Made by a program: the position numbers and the translations under genes. Under the pieces are notes generated by a model. The model made no database searches, was not told where the DNA came from, and worked only from the letters and a program-made list of their open reading frames with translations. This document shows, piece after piece, positions 13,471 to 17,572 of a stretch of 17,572 bases of DNA. Source of the stretch: a candidate division WOR-3 bacterium (GTDB lineage Bacteria; Hydrothermota; Tepidihabitantia; Tepidihabitantales; Tepidihabitantaceae); NCBI GenBank assembly GCA_965648935.1, contig CBFGIY010000053.1, positions 1 to 17,572 of the forward strand, given 5' to 3'. How positions within the stretch are numbered: the first letter of the stretch is position 1; the number at the start of each line of letters is the position of its first letter.

Positions 13471-14808
13471 CTAGCCGACCGCCAGTTCGGTGAGCAGCCA
13501 CGGCAGGCTGCCCGAGCCGGTGGCGATGGTTTCGCGGCTCACCGCGGTAACAGCTTTGAGGCAGTCCAGCGCGTTGCCCTTGACCGACCAGACCCCGGGT
13601 TCGGGCAGCGCGGTTTCGGATCCGTCGCGGACCACGCGGCCGTGGTAGAGGGTGTTGGCGAAGTCGCCGGTTGTCTTGTTGGCGGTGTGAAAGCCAAGCA
13701 GGGACTTGACCACGAGGCCGCGCTTGACTGAGGCCACCATCTCTGCGAGCGGCTTCTGACCCGGCGCGATCGACACATCGTTCAGCCCGCAGCGAACCGG
13801 CGCCTCGTGCGGCTCTTCGATGAGCACGGGTCGGCGCCGCCCGTTGCCGGTCGACTCCACACCCTCGCGCGCGGCCGATGCGCGGTCGTAGAGAAATGTT
13901 CTGAGCACGCCGTCTTCGATGACGACGGTGCGGCGTGAAGGCGTGCCTTCATCGTCGACCGGGAAGGTGCTGGAGCCGTAGTCGGCAGTCCGGTCGTCGA
14001 CGAGCGTCACCAGAGGCGAGGCGACGCGCTCGCCGACTGCGTAGCGGGACATGCCGTCCTGGCGGGTCGAGGCATAGAGGTGTTCGGCGACGAGCCGCGC
14101 GATGAGGTCGTGAACGAAGAAGGGATGGAGGATGACGGGCACGGTCTTGCCCCGCACGCCCTCGGCTTCGGGCGTCGAGCTGGCCGCAGGCAGGCCGAGC
14201 GCGACGCGGGCGCCAAGCGACTGCATCGCTTCGAAATCGGGCAGTGCGCCGCCCGACAAGTAGTCGAAGTCCTTCGAGCCGACGTCGGCGAACACCGACG
14301 CGGAAGTGCGTTCGGCCGACACCATGGCGTGGCCGTGCAGCGTGGCGAACAAGCGTTTCTCTACCGACAACTGGATGCCGCCCTCGAGCGTGTCGACCCT
14401 TCCTGTGTCCCAGGCAAGCCTGACGAGTTCCTGCGCGATGGCCTTGACCCGAGCCGGGTCTTCGGCGAATCGGGCCACGGCCGGGTCGAAAGCCCTCAGT
14501 TCGCGGCCGGCACCGTCGACGCGGGCGAAAGCGGAAAACGGCGCCGGCTGCGCGCGTGCCAGAGCGGCGCGGATGCCGTCGGCGAGCAGGTCAGGGTCGG
14601 GCTCGGCCAGCGGCACATAGCCGATGCGGCCGCGCTTGAGAGCCCGGACCGCCGCGGTGAAGATGCCCTGTTCCATCTCGAGCGTGATGTCGCGGTTCTC
14701 GATGCGCGCGCTCAGGGTCCGGGACTCGCGCAGCAGCAGCTCGATGTCGTCGAGGCGCAGCCGGGCGGCGACTTTGAGCGCGGATTCGGCGAACTTCTCG
14801 ATGTTCAT
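13471..14808 (-). CDS. pmbA: TldE/PmbA family protein (non-catalytic partner subunit, 445 aa)
   Basis: FPVDDEGTPSRRTVVIEDGVLRTFLYD, STGNGRR, GFHTANKTTGDF. No HExxxH motif. Begins 3 nt after the tldD stop. Confidence 0.85.
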   Translation of the reverse strand: MNIEKFAESALKVAARLRLDDIELLLRESRTLSARIENRDITLEMEQGIFTAAVRALKRGRIGYVPLAEPDPDLLADGIRAALARAQPAPFSAFARVDGAGRELRAFDPAVARFAEDPARVKAIAQELVRLAWDTGRVDTLEGGIQLSVEKRLFATLHGHAMVSAERTSASVFADVGSKDFDYLSGGALPDFEAMQSLGARVALGLPAASSTPEAEGVRGKTVPVILHPFFVHDLIARLVAEHLYASTRQDGMSRYAVGERVASPLVTLVDDRTADYGSSTFPVDDEGTPSRRTVVIEDGVLRTFLYDRASAAREGVESTGNGRRRPVLIEEPHEAPVRCGLNDVSIAPGQKPLAEMVASVKRGLVVKSLLGFHTANKTTGDFANTLYHGRVVRDGSETALPEPGVWSVKGNALDCLKAVTAVSRETIATGSGSLPWLLTELAVG

Positions 14809-14811
14809 CTT

Positions 14812-16317
14812 TTACCCCTGCACGGACAGGCTGATGTTTTCGTTGTTGCGGATGCGGGTCCAGGTCGGAGCGCCGTCGCCGACATAGCGGGTCTGGCCCT
14901 TGCCGCAGAATCCGACATCGGCGATTTCGACCGGGCCGGCGAAGCCGTCGACATAGCGCAGGGCGTGCAGGGTCCGGGCCGCGAAGTTGGCGGGCCGGAC
15001 CGTACGCGTAACCTTGCCGTTTTCGACAAGGTAACCGACCTGAACCGAGGATGACATGCCGTCCTTGGATACTGCGCCGCCGCTGGTGCCGACCAGCAGG
15101 ATGCCGTGCGTGACGTCGGCGATGAGCCGGTCGAGCGAGCGATGCCAGTTATCACGCGTGGCGGGGCGGATGTAGGTGTTTGACATCCGGGGTATGCGGA
15201 TATCGCCTGATTCGGAGAAGGCGCCGCCGTTGGGCTGCTGACCGAAGTAGGCCGCGGTTTCGCGGTTGTGAATCATCCCGACCGCGCGGCCGCGCTCAGC
15301 GAGGAGTTTCGTCTGCACTTCGACACCCTCGTCGTCGATGAACTCGGTCCCGAAGCCGCTGGTGTAATCGCCGTCGAGCGGACCGTCGAGGATATCGACA
15401 TCGGCGCAGGCGACCTCGCCGCGCGGTCTGCCGTCCGCATCGATGATGCCCGAGGAGCCGGCCTTGGCGATGTCGGCCTCGAAGTTGTGGCCAAGCGCTT
15501 CGTGGACGAACACGCCGGCGGTGGTGTAGTGGAGCACGAGATGGGTCATTCGTCGGATTTCGTCGACCGAGAGGGTGATGGCGTCCTGCAGTTCGACTGT
15601 GCGGTTGATCCATTCGGCGAGATGGCGGGCGACGGCCGGGGTCAGAGCGAGCCGTCCCTGTCGGTTACGCCTGACTACGTAGTCGTAGGGTTTGACGTCG
15701 CCGAGCCGGGCGCGGGTCTGGGTCATTCGGCCGTCCTGTCCTTTGACCCGCGTCACGAGCTGGAGGAATGTCCGGGGCAGGACCTGGGTCTTGAATACAC
15801 CGGCGGTGTCGGCGACGGCCTTCTCTTCGCGCTGGGAAAAGAACCAGTACTCGGGCTTGACCTCGATGCCGGGCCGGCGCTTCTCGGCCCGACGCGCGAG
15901 CGCGGCGATGCCCGTGCCGAGCGCCTCAAAGACCGCAGCCGCGGGAAATGTCCTGGGAGCGCGCAGGCCGTAGTGCTGCTTCTTCGGATTAGGTATCGGG
16001 GCGAGCCGGATCGGGCGTTCGGGTACCGGCGAGGCCTTGAGGAGCCGGACACCGGCTTCGATTGACTGCTTGAGCAGGACGGGGTCCAGCGCGCCGACCT
16101 TGACTTCGGCCTTGCGGCCCTTGTGTAGAAGGCGGAGCTGGACCCGGGACCGGGCGTTGAATGGTTTGGGCACGAGCCGGTCGGGCAGCTGCTGGACCTC
16201 GATTCGGACCGCGCGTTCATACAGGAGGTCGGCGTACTCGACCCGGCCGCGCGCAAAGGCCAGGGCCGATTTCAGGATGCGCCGGATGCGGTCTTCGTTC
16301 TCGATTCTGGGAGGCAT
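14812..16317 (-). CDS. tldD: TldD family metalloprotease (501 aa)
   Basis: Metal motif HEALGH, FIDDEGV, IPRMSNTY, C-terminal CGKGQ...VGDGAP. Start moved to ATG 16317 (MPPRIENED) because the ORF-track extension spans two promoters. Confidence 0.9.
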   Translation of the reverse strand: MPPRIENEDRIRRILKSALAFARGRVEYADLLYERAVRIEVQQLPDRLVPKPFNARSRVQLRLLHKGRKAEVKVGALDPVLLKQSIEAGVRLLKASPVPERPIRLAPIPNPKKQHYGLRAPRTFPAAAVFEALGTGIAALARRAEKRRPGIEVKPEYWFFSQREEKAVADTAGVFKTQVLPRTFLQLVTRVKGQDGRMTQTRARLGDVKPYDYVVRRNRQGRLALTPAVARHLAEWINRTVELQDAITLSVDEIRRMTHLVLHYTTAGVFVHEALGHNFEADIAKAGSSGIIDADGRPRGEVACADVDILDGPLDGDYTSGFGTEFIDDEGVEVQTKLLAERGRAVGMIHNRETAAYFGQQPNGGAFSESGDIRIPRMSNTYIRPATRDNWHRSLDRLIADVTHGILLVGTSGGAVSKDGMSSSVQVGYLVENGKVTRTVRPANFAARTLHALRYVDGFAGPVEIADVGFCGKGQTRYVGDGAPTWTRIRNNENISLSVQG

Positions 16318-16322
16318 GGCGA

Positions 16323-16350
16323 AGTATCGACCGCCGGGCCGGCAAGTCAA
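16323..16350 (-). promoter_or_regulatory. Promoter for tldD-pmbA, probably leaderless
   Basis: Minus strand TTGACT(16350-16345)-N16-GATACT(16328-16323)-TCGCC-ATG(16317). No SD sequence. Confidence 0.6.
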
Positions 16351-16375
16351 GCCGGCGCAGGCCGGCTGCCCGGGG

Positions 16376-16403
16376 TTGACCGCGGTGCGGCTGACGCTAT
16401 AAT
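16376..16403 (+). promoter_or_regulatory. Strong sigma70-type promoter for gdhA
   Basis: TTGACC(16376-16381)-N16-TATAAT(16398-16403). Confidence 0.8.
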
Positions 16404-16486
16404 GCGGAGCGCGGCCGACGGGCCGCACCGTGCAGGTAAATCGGAGTTCTGCTCTGCAGCACAATCAATGTCCGCGAGCATCCTGA

Positions 16487-17572
<1,086 letters not shown>

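Noticed and set aside
16318..16464. 49-codon N-terminal extension of tldD, and likewise the 11777-11878 extension of trmH
   Set aside because: The tldD extension overlaps both divergent promoters. The trmH extension overlaps the aldolase gene, where the ATGA coupling gives a better start.

Overview
High-GC bacterial chromosomal window with dense housekeeping and envelope genes. I see no tRNA/rRNA gene, CRISPR array, transposase or integrase. In order: an uncertain ORF end, a ~500 bp structured intergenic region, and a coupled + strand trio (DUF763 protein, RsmF/NOP2-type m5C RNA methyltransferase catalytic domain, stand-alone PUA/NIP7-like partner). Next come a lipoprotein alpha-2-macroglobulin with pbpC, a - strand RhaD-like class II aldolase coupled to a TrmH/SpoU methyltransferase, DUF4177-like and CvpA-like small genes (+), a tldD-tldE/pmbA pair (-), and a divergent gdhA that runs off the window. 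The most notable signals are the DUF763/split-RsmF operon, recurring TTGAC(C/T)-N16 promoters with apparently leaderless starts, a 4x9-bp tandem repeat abutting the macroglobulin RBS, and a 28-bp palindrome with recombinase-site geometry. Family calls come from recognised motifs, not database searches. No complete novel system can be demonstrated from this sequence alone.
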